Below, in pieces: positions 61,687 through 64,000 of a stretch of 64,000 nt of DNA; the stretch's first letter is position 1; the number at the start of each line of letters is the position of its first letter. The notes beneath the pieces were generated by a model, which did not search any database, was not told the origin of the DNA, and worked only from the letters and a program-made list of their open reading frames with translations. Position numbers and translations under genes: made by a program. The stretch spans positions 2,592,001 to 2,656,000 of the forward strand of contig OZ219753.1 of NCBI GenBank assembly GCA_964291315.2. The letters run 5' to 3'. The stretch comes from Candidatus Poribacteria bacterium (lineage in GTDB: Bacteria; Poribacteria; WGA-4E; WGA-3G).

Positions 61687-61884
61687 CTACTATGTCTCCG
61701 CTCTTTAAACCCATTTCCCGCAATTTAATTCAAAATATATTATATATAGCGAATCGCCGCCCATTACCCGTTAATAGATAATCCGTAAGATACAAAATAG
61801 TAAACCTAACTTTCTGTCTCCTTTTAAGATTCTTTCTATTATACCACATCTAGCGATACCCGCAAGCTGGAAGAGAAAAAAGAT

Positions 61885-61935
61885 TTGACACTTGGCAGTG
61901 TTGATGTATAATATTATTAGAAGAAACATTTCTAA
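61885..61935 (+). promoter_or_regulatory. katG promoter and candidate operator
   Basis: TTGACA-16-TATAAT, then inverted repeat TTAGAA-N7-TTCTAA at 61917-61935. Confidence 0.6.
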
Positions 61936-61942
61936 AGTATAG

Positions 61943-64000
<2,058 letters not shown>

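Overview
Gene-dense bacterial chromosomal window. Two PhyH dioxygenases, DUF6785-like and DUF4159-like genes, a PorV-like barrel, an ankyrin protein, two single-chain RM enzymes and characteristic intergenic repeats suggest Ca. Poribacteria or a similar sponge symbiont; this assignment is inference. Main blocks: (i) 1-22.5 kb, mixed metabolic and envelope genes, including a tandem-Cache lipoprotein with a near-identical internal duplication, a DCC-LMF fusion, a TlpA/TPR protein and a helicase-less type ISP-like RM enzyme; (ii) 22.6-31.8 kb, an RDD/SpoIIM/DUF58/MoxR/DUF4350/DUF4129 cluster with three paralogous membrane genes; (iii) 40.2-53.2 kb, a phosphate island. In it, phoB-corA-mscS x3 converges on pstS-pstC-pstA-K+ channel-pstB-pstB-pstA2-pstB3-phoU, with a Pho-box-like promoter and PstB paralogs whose motif defects are complementary; (iv) a type IIG RM gene; (v) an operon of a Cys-rich small ORF, ABC exporter, DUF1854 and DUF4159; (vi) katG running off the end. 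Six genes are interrupted by stops or frameshifts. I saw no rRNA, tRNA, CRISPR array or transposase. All family calls come from motif recognition, not database searches.
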